DNA of 63,850 nt, filler included, from Conidiobolus incongruus B7586 (Eukaryota), in NCBI GenBank assembly GCA_000697335.1. It is 7 parts of 7 records of this genome, joined end to end, with 100 filler letters (N's around TTAATTAATTAA, not from the genome) between each part and the next. Parts side by side here need not be neighbours in the genome. Positions count along the whole stretch, not along the records: positions 1 to 22,003 come from JNEM01006245.1; 6 more parts are not named here. One strand, written 5' to 3'. Of the stretch, positions 1-14,334 are shown one piece after another. Position 1 is the stretch's first letter. Each line of letters starts with the position of its first letter. Position numbers and translations under genes: made by a program. A model generated the notes under the pieces. The model did not search any database. It was not told the DNA's origin and saw nothing but the letters and a program-made list of their open reading frames with translations.

Positions 1-908
1 TTTTTTTAATTATATTAAAATACTAATTAAAAGAACTTTTATTTAAAAAAATAATATAAAGCTTATTATTAATTGATTTCCCTTTAAAAACTAAATAAGA
101 GTAGTAATAACATTATAATTTATTATAATAATTAATATTCACTTATTAATAAAATATTTATTTAAAGGGATTTTTAAAAAAAGTAAATTAAACTTAATTT
201 AACATTTTGATTTATCTTTTAATAAAAGATTATAAATAAAGATTTAAGATCTATCAATTATAGTTATTCATTATAAAAGCTTAAGTTTCTAGTAATATTT
301 TAGTAAGTTTTATCTAATAATAACTATTTTAACTTTTTTTAAGCTTTAATTAAATTATAAGGTATTTATTTTATATTTTTATTTATTAATTTAAGTTTAA
401 ACTTTATTATATATAAAATACTTATAAAACTAATATTAAAATATTTAGATAATTTTCTACCTAAAATAAAAAAATGCTTTTCAATATATTTTTTTATTTT
501 ATTAATAATTGAAAAAATAATAATTGAAGTTAATCTTTCAAATTTTAATAAGTTTTAGATAATTTCTCTCTTAACCTTAAAATAGTTTACTTAATAAAAA
601 ATAGTTAACTTAGATAATACTTTATTTTTAAAAATTATTTATAAATTTTAAATAATTTTAAATGATTTATGGTTAAGTTTTATTAATAATAAAATAAAAA
701 ACTTTTGATAATTATTTTTTGTTTAAATATATTTAAATTAAACAACTAATTTTAAAAAGTTAATTTTTTTAATCAAAAAAGCTATTATATATATATATTT
801 TAAAATTACTCACTTTTTTATTTATTTATTATATAATTTTTATTCAAAATAATAATATTTTTGAAAAAAAAATTAAATAATTCCTGATTTTTTTAATTTT
901 GTGATAAT
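1..908 (-). mobile_element. Mariner-family (DD34D) transposon relic, 5' half with left TIR, hypermutated
   Basis: Collinear with 37960-38763 and with the reverse complement of 22104-22890. Contains the family's (TA)n tract (~787-797) upstream of a decayed start (ATG>ATA) and ends in TIR-like attcctgatttttttaattttgtgataata. A separate right-end TIR fragment follows at ~960-992. Confidence 0.85.
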
Positions 909-1359
909 ATTATATAATAAATATTATTAATTATTTAATTATATTTTTATTTGATTTTAAAATTTTACCATTACTTAATTTTTATACTGATAAATTAGAT
1001 TAATAGGTGTATGTATGAATAATCATAAAAATTTAAACAAATGGTTTAAATTCAAGTATTTTATATTTTTTTATTAATTCATTCTAACCTAATGATTGTT
1101 TTGAAAGAATATAATTTACTAAAAATTAGATAATCAAGGTACTTGATAATTAAATACACTATGCTGAATTAATTAAAAATTAAATTTTAACCACAATTTT
1201 AATAATAGAGTTTTGTAAAATTATAAAGATTCTATATATTTTATAATTAAATCAATTATAATATAGTTATCATTGAATAATTTATTCAAACTACCCATCA
1301 GAATATTAATTGAGAACTGTCCAAATAAATAAAATTGATGCAGAAATGCTAAAGAAATA

Positions 1360-1554
1360 TTAAGAAGGATTAAGTAAACTTCCTGTGATTTGCGAACAAA
1401 GTTGCTTCAATTCATCCATAAAAGGAAAACCAGGTATAATAGGTAAAGAACAATTACCAGTAGTATCAGCACTAAGAGCGCTATCAGTAGATGTATTATC
1501 AGCAGGAGAACTAACAACTGCTGTCACCAAAGCGACAGTTATAGACAATTTCTT
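1360..1554 (-). pseudogene. Possible small secreted Cys-containing peptide gene lacking its ATG
   Basis: Reads (K)KLSITVALVTAVVSSP...GNCSLPIIPGFPFMDELKQLCSQITGSLLNPS*. AAG at 1554-1552 sits where ATG would give a signal peptide MKLSITVALVTAVVS. Locally GC-richer than flanks. Confidence 0.35.
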
Positions 1555-2389
1555 ATTGATTCAGCAATTAATAATTGAAGAATTAGTAATAGTGGATTGG
1601 GATATTGAATCGGATTTATATTAAAACAAAATGATGATCTGTTACAATTTTGCACACTGAATTCAATAATGATTAATTTTAAAAATCGAGTGTTATCAAA
1701 ATATGAATTGATCTCCCTGGAAGAATGGTGATATTAGGTTTTTTCCAGTTCAATCTGAAAATATAGTAGGGAACTTTGAGAGTCAACTTTTGCAAACTTA
1801 ATTTATTGAAATATGTTGTAATTTCACCTTGGATATTATCCAAAATATCAAAACTATTTCCTATATTGCTCAACTGACAATTCAATATTAATTAATTATT
1901 ACTTGTATTATTCCACTACAAATTTTGCATCGATTCACCTTTAAAATTACCAAAACTATCAAATAGCTTTCGAATTGAAATCAAAAACAGCGCTTAACTT
2001 ATTCTCCAAAATCTATTGAAAATTATAATTCGAAGTCCTTAAAATATTAATAATATATTTGAACCTTTTATCAATCTTTATATCAGTTACTAATATATTC
2101 AATATCTATAACTGCATTTTTTAATGTTATTCTCAATATTAACTCAAATCATCAAATAATTTGAATTTTATTTCATACACATTACATGAATTTATTCTTT
2201 ACCAAATATTCCTTTATAATTAAATTATATCTTGTATTCTGTATGATATTTTGATCCAAATTGGATATTAACTTTAATTTCTCTTAAATTTATAAATTCC
2301 TAACTTCATATACATTTTATACTATATAATAACTTGAATAGTTTTAATTAATATTCAATATTTTATTTAAAAGTTTACCTATATTAAAT

Positions 2390-3315
2390 TATCTCTTCAA
2401 AATTAATAAAATAAAAATTTTCTAGTTCTCAACTTTTAATTATATTAGTAGTTTTATAGAAAAGATTATATACAAATTTAATAGGAAAATATATAATTTA
2501 AAACTATATATATATAATATTAATTAAATTAAAAAAATTAACTTTGGAAAATTTGCTATTTAATTATATTTAAACTAGATAATAATTATCAAATATTTTT
2601 ATTTTGGTATAAATATAGCCATAGATATTTTAAAATTAATCAAAACTTATATATATTTTATTAAGATGATGAGAAGTATAAATTCCCTATATACTAATAA
2701 GTAAATTATTTTAAAGCTGAAAAATCATTTCAAATTAATTAAAATTTAAATAATTCATTTTAATAGTTAATTATTAAATTTTTGATAATGAAAATAATAC
2801 TTTGAAAGATATTTTTTATTTTAACTAACTAGCTATCAAAGTGTTTTAATATTATTTATTTAGGTATATTATATATATCAAAGCTAAAACTTTAATTAAA
2901 ACTTTTTTGAAGAAAAATTAGTTATAATTAAATAAAATAAACTAAGGTATTATTAAAAATCAAAATTTCATAGAAATTATTATAATGAATTAAAGATAAA
3001 TTGATCTATACATTATTATATTGTGTTATATATTAAGTTAAAATAATCTGATTTATAAATTTTAAAAGATAAATATTTTATAAGTGAATATTAACAGTTA
3101 TCAAAATTATAATAATATAAAATATTTTTATTTAGTTTTTATAAGAATTCAATTAATAATAAAATTAATATTTTTTTGAATAAAATTATTGTTAGCTTTT
3201 ATTCTTAATATAATAAAAAACTTTTATTATTTTATAAAATAATTATAGGATATATAAGGTTAAAAGCATCAAAAATTTTCTAATTAAAAATAACTCAAAA
3301 AAATTACCATATTAT
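2390..3315 (+). mobile_element. Mariner relic, 3'-truncated, heavily decayed
   Basis: (TA)n tract at ~2506-2516 followed by sequence collinear with 22104-22985. Breaks off at aaattaccatat (ex-ELPH motif). Confidence 0.7.
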
Positions 3316-4530
3316 TAAATTTATTATAATATACCCTTTATAATTATAATTACTTTAAATAATCAAAATTCAATTTAAAAAAAGAAAAATCTTATAAATA
3401 AATAGATTTAGTTTATTAAATATTAAATTTTAATCCTTAATAGAAAAATATATCATTTATATATTAAATCTTAATTTAAAATATAGCTAAAGATTATTAA
3501 TAATAGAATAATAATACTATCATATATACTTATTTTTGTAAATTATATATTTAAATATCTTTTTCAATATCAAAAAAATATTATCATTTAGAATTTAGAA
3601 TAATATATAATTTTTTAATAAACCTTGTCTTTTCTATAAGTGTTAATATAAAAATTGTTTAAGGTAATTATTTTAAATATATATCTCACTGAGTTAGCAA
3701 TTATATATAAATATATTAATTGACCATCTCACTTAAAATGAAAATAGTATATAATATATACTTAATCAAAGAAAATTATATACTAAAATAAATTTGTCAT
3801 CTGTTAACGTTTGCATAATAGTATTTATATCATGATATATATAATTATATATAGTCTAAATTAAGAATATATTAATATTTTGAAGTTTTTCAGTCTATTA
3901 TATATCAATAAAATATATCTTTTTTTCAATAATACTACTACAAAATTAATTAAACTTATTTATACGGCATATATCCTTAAAAAGTTAATATATTTGTAAC
4001 TTGAAAATATAATTATTTAAGTTAGAAATATTATATTTTTCATATTTAATGATAATAATTAATATATATATATATATTGATATTTATGATCAATTTAATT
4101 ATACAAAGTTATTTAAAGTTCTTGAGACTTATTAATTATGATAAACTTAAACTATAATTATCAATCGATTAAATAAAAAATTTATGCTATATATTATATG
4201 TTATAATATTTGATTTAATGATAATCATAGAGATTTTATCATAATCAAATTTCAGTTTAAGTAACTTTATTGGACCTAATATATGCTTAAAAGATATTAT
4301 CTCAAAATTATTTATTAGTGTATTACACATATTATTGGTAAATGATTTCACAAAAATAATAAGTTATAAAAAATATAAAAGAATTAAATATAAAAATAAA
4401 ATCAAATTATCACTAGACTATAAATAATTTTAATATTATGATATTAAATTTTTAACTATATTAAGAAAATTTATATAAAGTAATATATTTTAATATAGAT
4501 TTAAATAATATAAATGATAGTTTAGGAGTA

Positions 4531-4558
4531 TAATAATAATAATAATAATAATAATAAT
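4531..4558. repeat. (TAA)n microsatellite, ~9 units
   Basis: taataataat... read directly. Confidence 0.9.
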
Positions 4559-5995
4559 TAAATTAATATATTTCCAACTTTGAAACAATTAATCAATATA
4601 TTATTCTAAAATTTAAATTCTCTAATATAAATCAATTTATTGATATAAATAAGGATTATATATTTTAGGTATAATGAGAATTCATGATTAATTTTAAAAT
4701 ATAAACTATTTATTATAAAACTAAATTATTCATCTTCAGTAAATAATATATAAATTTAAGATCTATAGTTCAAACATATTTTGTCATTTGGACAGTATAT
4801 TAACACCGCATATTTTTATAGGCTGTATGAAATAATAAGTTGAGTGATATCATATTATCTCAATATCTCCATAGCTTTGGATTGTCCGATACTAACTTTG
4901 ACTAGGTCAAATAATATTAATATATTTATTTTAACAAAAATATAGATAAGGGCAGAAACATTTTAGTTATAATCATCCTCCAACCCATTTTTTATATATT
5001 ATAATTAATCAATATGATATTATTTTATTGCTTTAATGGTCCTTGTCATTAGAACTTCATCCCATTTGATTGATATTAATGTAATTGAGAATTCTCTTGG
5101 TTAGGCAGCGGCTAAAGCTGTCTATCATGTTATAGGAACAGCATGATTATAATTCATCATAAATATATTCTATGATGAATATATTGTGATTCAAACACGT
5201 CTTTATCCTATTTGTTTTATAAAAATATAACTAATGATTACTTGAACCAACCCCCCTTAATACCAATGTTAAATAATAATAATATATAACTCTAATTTTC
5301 AAATTACTTCAAAACTTAAATATATATTGTTTGAATCAAACTGCTACATATTTCTCTCCCAATCACTCTTTTCAGTTATTTTATTCAATTTATTCATTTT
5401 TTTTTCAAATCTAAATTATTTGATCAATTTTAATCTAATATTTAGATTATTGTTAATTTTATCAATATTAAATTTGATAGTAAATGATCAACTAAAGATA
5501 TATTATATAATAAAATTATAAGAGAATCAATATGAAATACCCGTGTTTATTAAGATAAATAGCAAAGCGGAGCAAGGTAAAGGCTATTATATAGGTTTAT
5601 AGATTGGTGATATATTTATTTTAATAATTCGAATTAACAGAGATCAGTGAGGTCGTAATATGGATAGAAATCAAATAATAGGTAAAATTAAGCAGGGTCC
5701 AAATGATTAAATTTATAATTGAAAATTTTAAAATCTTATTTACAAAAAAAATTTCAAATTCTATTTTGCAAATATGGGATAAAATTATAAGATAGTTAAT
5801 GAATTCTATAAATATTGTCAACTTTATAACAGTTGAATAGTTTTAATAAAATATATCAAAAAGGGGGATAAGAATATTGAGATAATCCCATATCAAAATA
5901 ATATCGAAAGATTACCTTATAAATACCCCTTAAAACAGTCCTCCACATCGAATTGTTAAACAATATTAAATTTATTTTAAAAAATATATCTGGTG

Positions 5996-6670
5996 ATGAT
6001 AAAATTGTCTATTATATTTATACTATTCAATATTTTCTCAATTATTGGTACAAATTTACCAGTTGAAATTACACCTCACGATTCTATATGTTTCTACGCG
6101 TCTACTACTACTATACCTGCAAAATGCTCTTTCTTCTTCGCTGTAAGTTTAGCATACCTTTATTTACAATATAATTCTTAATAATTTATTTCAATGTAAT
6201 AATAGGTACACAAGGGAGAAACCTTCGAAATCAATTACAAAGTGCTACTACCTGACGGAAGTACCTACTTTGAAGAAGCCAACAAAAGGCAAGGTGACTT
6301 CGTATTCACGTTCCAAAAGTCAGGAGACTACGCATTCTGTTTTCAAAACCCGGTCTCTGACTACAAGGTAGTGGATATCGATATTAAATTCCAGTACGTG
6401 AGAGATAAAAAATCGCATTTAAAATTTCATAGCGATCATATACAAAATATTATGGATACTTTGGATAAGATTTCGGATCATACCGAATCCATTTTGAAAA
6501 CTTATCAGTTTTTTAAAGCGACTGAGAGTCGAGAGGATTCGAGTTTAAATAGGTTGATTAAAAATGTGAGGTGGTTTGCTTTAACAATGATATTTTTGAG
6601 TATAGGTTTGGGTTTATTTCAATTGTTCAGTTTGAAATTTTTATTTAGGTCCAAATCTAAAAATTATTGA
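5996..6670 (+). CDS. p24/emp24/gp25L family cargo receptor (GOLD domain)
   Basis: Exon 1 5996-6142 (signal peptide, CFYA), intron 6143-6205 (GTAAGT...TAG), exon 2 6206-6670 in frame. GDFVFTFQKSGDYAFCFQN GOLD motif, coiled coil, C-terminal TM helix and short basic tail. Confidence 0.9.
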
Positions 6671-7063
6671 ATAAAATTAACATTTCTCTTATCAAATACT
6701 CTGCTGTAAATGTTTTTCAATAAAGTATAAATTTATGAATATAATCATATCCATTTGAGAGAAATAGAATTATATTAAGCTTTTAATAATAAAATATATT
6801 GGTCAATCAGCAAACTAAAATGAATAAACTTAATTTATTCTAATACTATTGAAATATCTATGACTAAAGACGGGAGAAAATATCGCAATTTGATAACTAC
6901 ATAGGATAAATATCATGATTATACTATATTAACCTATTTAGTTTGGCAAATGAAACCAATTAGATGAATAATGAAGATAGTAGATTACAGGGATGGTATA
7001 TTGTTTGCAAAGCTGTATGATTTTAAAACTTGATAGAGATGTAAATTGAATCTTGGAAATATT

Positions 7064-9865
7064 TTAGTAGTGCTGGCCTTCGAACCTTTCCAGAAGATTT
7101 TCAATATTTGACATTTGCATTTTGAGAGCTGATAGCTCCTTCTTCAGCTTTTGGACTTCATCCCAATAGTTGGGTGTTATATGCTGTTTCAGAGGAATGA
7201 GTAATCGAGGGAGACGGTTATGGGCGAGATGGTTAGAAATGGCGTGATTTGGGGTGGTGGAAATGGATGTGGGGGATGATCTCCAGAAGATTAGAATATT
7301 AATTAAAATTATTGAGATGAATCCCACTAAGATGTGGACAAGATAGGGTTTCAATGAAACGAGTTGTTCATTAATTATGGTGAAGATGGAATTGTCGTTG
7401 ATGTTAGAGGGTGCTGCAATGGATTCAGACTTGGCATTGTCTGTAGCGGAGTTGTTAGCACCATTATCGTCACCAACAGGCGAAGCCTTCAATTCAGGAT
7501 GATCAGCTAAATAGGAGTCTAATGCTTCTTTAGATAGGGTAGCACTTCTGGTAATGCCTTCTTTGGTAGCTGTTTCGATAACACCTAGTAAATTAAATAG
7601 ATATTTAGTCTCATTCAATGCTAATATATATTAAAATATATAAATTACCTTTAAGCCAAGATGACTTACTCCACTCCATATATCCAGATTGAATCATTCT
7701 AGTCTGGTTAGTTCTATGAACCATAAGACAAAAATTTGTGATAATTGTGAAACATGATCCAGAAGGTACGTCTGGATTTTGAGTACGTTGGACTACATTA
7801 ACATAACTAAATATAATGTTAATATAAATTATGATAATACAGATTCAATTAATTACCTTTCAAAATCCTTATTAACGACTTCATCAGAAATAAGACATTT
7901 TGTAGATTTGGGGCCTAAAACATTATGTTAATACCTAAAATAATATGAAAAAGAAGGAATAATTACCCATGCTTGCGTAAAGTGGTTTGGTATAACTGTA
8001 AGATCTGGTTGGATTACCATTATCAACCTTCCATGGATTGATTTCAATATCTATAATGATGTTTGATAAGCTTAATGATACAGTGATATAATTTATATTA
8101 CCATATCCTTCAGATTTAACGATCGAATCTTTGAGGAAAGTAGTATCTTCACCAAATAATAATTCGAACACATCTTTAATATTCATTTCGATTACTGTAT
8201 CGATATAGACTGTGCCCGTGTGACCCTTGCCACCAGGCTTGAGACAACCACATACAGTGTTAATGCCTGAGCTAGATCCATCGGCATTGGGATCGCTAGA
8301 GTTTTTATCTGATGGTTGGGATTTGGAACTGATGCTAGATTCGGATTTGACGGGTTCAATGGCACGAGTAGGACATTGGCGATTCCAATATTCATAGAGC
8401 TTAGCATAAGTTGCCTCTCGAGCCATGAATGAAGTGAAGAAATATTTATTGTCTAAAGTAGCAATTTGAATGGCATTAGGGATGACGAATGCAGTGGATC
8501 TTTTTTGGATGGAAATAATGTCTTTGAATGGGATGATTGTCTATGTGAATTGATTAGTATTTTGAATGGAAAGGTATTCAAATTGATAATTTTCAATTAT
8601 GATGTATACTTACATGAGTGACCCAACCAAACAAATTAGAATGAAAACATACTCTTTCAGCCGTCAAATAAAGTCTACCAGTAATTAGTATATCCCTCTG
8701 CAATGCACAATGATAATCTAAATAAGTAAATATATATTTATATAAGATAAGCAAATATAATACTTTGTTAATGTTTACCTTCTAATAGAATATCATCCAA
8801 TGGCAAAGTGGGGAAGTAAATATGAAATTCAATATTTTTCCTCTTTTGATTCGCATCCAAATCTGAATAGTTCACATTATTGTTCAGTGTTTCTATATCT
8901 TGAGCATTGCTATTAGTATCCCTTTCTTGCTTGACAGGTTCTTCGCCTTCATGCACTGTAGCGGGTTCATTATTCATACTACCAATTACTTCGTCAAGGT
9001 GAAGGGGATTCGCATCGACAGCAGAATCGGGATTAATGTAACTTGAGTTAGAATCTGGCGAGAGTGACTTCAAGTCTTTAGTTTGAATCCTTAAACTATT
9101 TCCCACAGCTGCCAGGTTTTGACCTCCTGTTGAATTTTGTGGATTTTTCAAGGATCCATTTACACTAGTATGAATTTCATTGCGGGAAGGCTCGTTGAGC
9201 CATTCCAAATCTTCCAACCTGAGCGCTTCGGACCCTGTAGAAAAATGAGATGAGGTGGTTGACGAAGGTTGAACTGGTAAAGGTTTGTGACGACGACTGG
9301 TAGAATTGGCACGCTGAGGAACTTGTAAATTGCTGGAGCTTCCGCTTTCCATATTGGGAGTCACTGCGAGCGTATGAGATTTGGAAGGAGAAGGAGTTCG
9401 GAATGGAGTGTTAGGAAAATCGAAAGATTTTTGGTCGGCTGCAGATGTATTTGACATGTAAGCTGAATAACTCTTTCTTTTAGTTATTTGAGGGGAATCT
9501 TCACTCGAAGGACCTGAAAAATTGATCGTTTCTACCGATGGTTTAGTGTTTGTTAAACTATTCCTGTTTCCAGAAGTTGAAGGTAATAAATTTTTCAATC
9601 GTAATGAAAGTTTCTTAGAAATATCAAGATTACCAGTATTACTATTATTATTATTTGGTTTGTTTAGTGCTTTGGAATCAGCTGAATCTTTGGTAGTATT
9701 ATCGGGAGAAGCCAAGTTATTGACAGAATTATGACTGGGTGAAGTTTTTTCCGTGTTATTAACATTTTCATTGGAATTATTTATACTATTGTTACTATGG
9801 AGCTTATTTTTATCCATTACATAAGACTTTGCTGTATTAGAAGTTGCCAAGTCTAAGCTTATCAT
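7064..9865 (-). CDS. GRAM + VASt/StARkin domain membrane-contact-site sterol transfer protein (Lam/Ltc/Ysp2/GRAMD1 family)
   Basis: About 7 exons. Long Ser/Asn-rich N-terminus (9865-8779). GRAM motifs DYHCALQRDILITGRLYLTAERVCFHSNLFGWVT (8717-8613) and PNAIQIAT..KYFFTSFMAREATY. VASt motifs VFELLFG, RSYSYTKPL, TQNPDVPSGSCFT. C-terminal TM helix and coiled coil. Confidence 0.9.
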
Positions 9866-11847
9866 TTAAAAAATTTAACGATTAATATAAAGAATATAAC
9901 AGAAATTTAACACAGAATAATTTAACAAAATTAATACGAAAATAGAGGATGTGACAATTTATTTAACATTAGTGAAACATGATTGTTTTGCAAGTTATAT
10001 TTGTTAATCTTATTAGTTTATATCGTGATTATCCTTTATTATCCATATTTACTTGAATAATCAATATTTTTAGTTCCAATTAAATTTGGACATTAGACTA
10101 TTTTTTGTTTAATACCTTATTAATTTTACCAAGATTTAATTATTCCCTAATAATTTTCAGTTTTATTTACATATTTTTGCTCAAATATTATTTGATAATA
10201 TTACAACCATTTTTAAATTTTTAATTTTATAATCAATATTTTTAATTTCTTACATCTGTTGGTTAAAATTAACACACTGATATAGCATCTATATTATTTA
10301 ACGCAATACATCGGATCTAATGATACAAATAATGAGCTAGTTTAAAAACATATTAGTTAATATAATATTTAATATGCTTTAAAAAATTTTTAAAATTGAT
10401 CATTGATTAACATGGGATGGATAATATAAGCTGATGCTTGGACATAAAAAGCTAAGCATTCACAGGTTCATCTAATGAAAGGAGCTTGATATTTTATTAG
10501 AGTGGATAATTATTTGCCAAGTATTAATATTAAATATTAACTCTATATTTGAGAAAATTTTCATAATATCTCTTAAAGGGCTGTCAAATAGAATTTTTAC
10601 AGAATGCTATAATATATAGTCATTATTATATTTTCATAATCATATATAATAATAAAATTGAAATATAATATTAAATATATAGTGTAATAAAATTAGTATC
10701 AAATAACTTACAAAAATATTTAAGGACAATAAAAATGACAAGAATTCTTAATAAGAACAAAAAACTTATGCTTTTATCCATTATGCGATTTAAATATGAG
10801 AGAATTTCCAACTTTTATTCAACTACTAAGAAATTTATTACTGCGATATTATTGTAATCATAACAGGATACTAAGTCAAATAGTAAATGGAAATTTTGGA
10901 AAGATATAATACGTTTTTTTAAAATTTCTAAATTTGAATTAGGAAAAGCAAATTGGATTTATAGCAAATGATAGCTGTAATATTGATTATTTGAATATAC
11001 TTTTCAATTTAGCAAGTTCTATCATTATAATTTCAAATTGATTATATTTAATTCATCTTTGAAGCTTGATATTAAATACAAATCAGGTTAGAAAATAAAT
11101 TATTTGATTATATGAAATATCAACTTGTGAAATATAAAGTATGACAATATTTTTTTAATTAGTGTATAGGATGAGAAATAATTTTGAATTTATACTTTAT
11201 AAACATATGCTTATTTACGAAATTAAATTTACGGCATGATTGACATAATAATTTTTAAATTAGGTTTCCTTTACATTTTTTGAATTAAAATTAATTTTCT
11301 GAATTCACAATATAATTTTAATAAGGCAAATATTAGAATTGAGTTTAGTTTTAATAAATTCTAAAATTTATCATTATATAGAATCTAATAAATGATATAT
11401 ACATATATATCAGTATTATTATTTTCATTTAGCATTTCATTAAAATGAAATTTAACTAATTAATAAATATATACAAAATAATACGAAAATTGAACTATTC
11501 AAAATACACTAAATTCATGTATAGCTGAATATTACTTTTCAACTTAAATCATTCTTGATTATTATATTTATTTTTGCTAAAGATGATAACTTTCAAATAT
11601 TAAAATCATAATAATATAAAATTGAATATTAATTTTTTTACAATTTATTAGTGTTAGGATTGGTGATATTGAATGTCTTTTACAATATATGAACAAATAT
11701 TAATACAAATATATCTTCGTTTTTACTATATTTAATAACATGATATATTCAAATTTATAAAATTTTATCAATTTTACAATAAAAAAATATAATATAATTT
11801 GTTTTTCTATTGTATTTATTTTAAAAAATGCAAGTAAATAAATTAGT

Positions 11848-12471
11848 TTAAATTAAATTGGATAAAAATACGATAGAAAGTAGTGCAAATATATGAGATG
11901 TAGATAATCCAAGATTGAACCCATTGCTACTCTTAACTTCGTTTGCAGTTTCCTTAGGCTGGGCGCATTTACCAGAAACACAAATAGAGATAGCGAAGTC
12001 GAATTGATCGGTACAGGCATCGTTAAAATACATGAACTTGGTAGGGCACAGCACTCCATCGGCATAGTTCACCATACTGTACAATTTGTTGTTATCCCTC
12101 ATATAAGCCCAGCAAATTTCTGTCAAATTAATTTTATTGATGAGGATATCCGCTTTAATGTAGTTGATCTCAGGTTGTTTAATAATTTCTTTAATTTGAA
12201 ATTTACCATTGGAATTAAATACTAAATCTTTGTCCGGTGTAGATTGATTGTAATACTGTGACCAACTAGAGCCTGAAAACACCCAAGTTTGATTACTCTG
12301 CACTTTACAGGTCCTAATTTTACCTCCACCATCGTGATTGTAATAGAACTCGGTAGTCCAAGTGCCTTCTAAATCACTCATATCTAAATTTAAATTATCG
12401 GCCTTTTTCAGCTTTTTTTCAGCACAGATAATCAGTTGAATATAAAATAGAGTCCAGTATAATAAATTCAT
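11848..12471 (-). CDS. Secreted, probably GPI-anchored six-Cys protein of unknown family (paralog A)
   Basis: Intronless, ATG at 12471. N-terminal signal peptide, LEGTWT motif, C-terminal SSNG followed by a hydrophobic tail. Alignable along its length to 14335-15006. Confidence 0.85.
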   Translation of the reverse strand: MNLLYWTLFYIQLIICAEKKLKKADNLNLDMSDLEGTWTTEFYYNHDGGGKIRTCKVQSNQTWVFSGSSWSQYYNQSTPDKDLVFNSNGKFQIKEIIKQPEINYIKADILINKINLTEICWAYMRDNNKLYSMVNYADGVLCPTKFMYFNDACTDQFDFAISICVSGKCAQPKETANEVKSSNGFNLGLSTSHIFALLSIVFLSNLI

Positions 12472-13097
12472 GATTCTCAATAGTAATAAAAAGGTATTGA
12501 ATATGATCCTATTGAGATTAAATAGTTTTTATACTTGTGTTTAGATTATCTCTACTCCATATTTACTCCAATTAAATTCAATGTGAATTGAATTAAAATT
12601 TGTTTTGGAATATTGTGGAGTATTTGAATAATTAAGTTATTCGAATATATTTATCTTTTATACTGAATTTAGATCTTCTTTGATATTAAATAAATCATTA
12701 ACTATATCAATGTATTACTGGTATTATACTCTATTTAGTTTGATTACTTGATTAAAAATTGTATCATTATTTTATAATATTAAAATTTTGATTCTTTAAA
12801 CAATATTGTGATGGATTTATCTATGTACAAAAATACACGAAGATAACAAAAATAATGAAATATAGGTATATATTAAATTAAATGACATTATAAACAATTA
12901 TTAAATCTTTATTTTTCAATTTTATAGAATATAAATTTATTATATTATGAAAAAAAATATATGATTTATGAATAACAAATTAATCAAACAAATGAACTAC
13001 AAAAAATGGTTCTAAACAATTTTTAGTTTGACAATATTAATATATAAAACATTTAAAACTAAATAATCATTATACAATTAAATGAATGAAGAAGGTT

Positions 13098-13314
13098 TTT
13101 ATTAGACTTAAGGACGAGTAAAAGCGATATTTTGCAAAATATACTGATCCGTAACTTGTGGGATCCACCCAAAGGATACGATACCAGAGTTCAGAGTTCT
13201 TGTTTGTATTAGGAGTTATTAGGGATAAAGTAATAACAGTATACTTAAGAATGGGAGAAGATTACAAATGGTATTATGGGGTATGGAATGGGATTAGCGG
13301 TTTAAGGGCTTACA
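13098..13314. mobile_element. ~215-bp GC-richer insertion, possible solo LTR or short interspersed element
   Basis: Sharp composition change. Right end ...gggcttACA (TGTAAG on minus). Flanked by near-identical direct repeat aggtttttat / aggtctttat. Confidence 0.45.
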
Positions 13315-14334
13315 AGGTCTTTATGTAATTAAAATCAAATAGTTATGATTTATATGCTAGTCATTGAATTAAACTTTTTTAAATATTGTTAACTTTTAAT
13401 ATAAATCTTAACAATGATAGAGCTAATATATATAATAGCCAAGAATCATAATAAACTACAAAATAGATACAATACAAATGATATCATATACAATATACTA
13501 ATAACTCATATTCACATTATTTATAACATTAAATAAAATTCAGATATATTAAACTCGACAACGTGATAATTCATCAAAAATAGACTAAATTCACGTAAAA
13601 AGATAAGAAATTTGGAATTTGATAAAAATTTTGTTAAGTTATATCAACATTACTATACCTCAAATTAATTTTTTAATTCAAATTCATTTTTCTTCCTAAA
13701 ATTAAAATTAGTCCAATTTGAGATATTAATCACAAGTGTTAGAATTCAAAAGCTAAATTTTTAGTGTTTTATTGGCTTCTTGTGAGTTTTCTGGATTTTT
13801 TTTATAATTGATTGTAGAATATAGTAATTCAATTATTAATAATCGGTTTTTATATCAGTTTTGTTAATAAATATAGTTATAATTTATTATATCTAACCAA
13901 TTACAATGTAATATAATTCGATTGATCAATTCTTTTAAATTATAATCATAAAAATTAATTTTTTAAATCATTATATAATTTGAAAAAAAAATTAAAATCC
14001 AATCTTATCATTATTTTAATCAATTAAAGGTTAAAAATAAATAAATATAAATACATAATATAACATACATTAAATAAGATCTATAATATAGATTCATAAC
14101 AACCATTAACATAAGAGTATCCAATTTGAATTCGGGATATTAACAACTATTATTTAGATATAAAGTTCCATTAAATTGAAAGTTTGGGGAAATGGTTGGG
14201 GTAAAGTTAGATTTTAAATCAAATTTCACACTTCAGTATTTAAATCAATTGAATACCTCGTGTTAGCTTTTAATTTTCATTTTTTAGATTTAATTTCCCT
14301 CATATTATTTCTTTTTAATTTAATCTGAAGTAAA

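Noticed and set aside
1679..2330. Possible decayed gene on minus strand (similar cases at ~19600-20160 and ~50080-50520)
   Set aside because: Stop-riddled frames with no family I can recognise
5327..5821. Hydrophobic F/I/L/N-rich ORFs
   Set aside because: Non-ATG starts and composition expected by chance in AT-rich DNA
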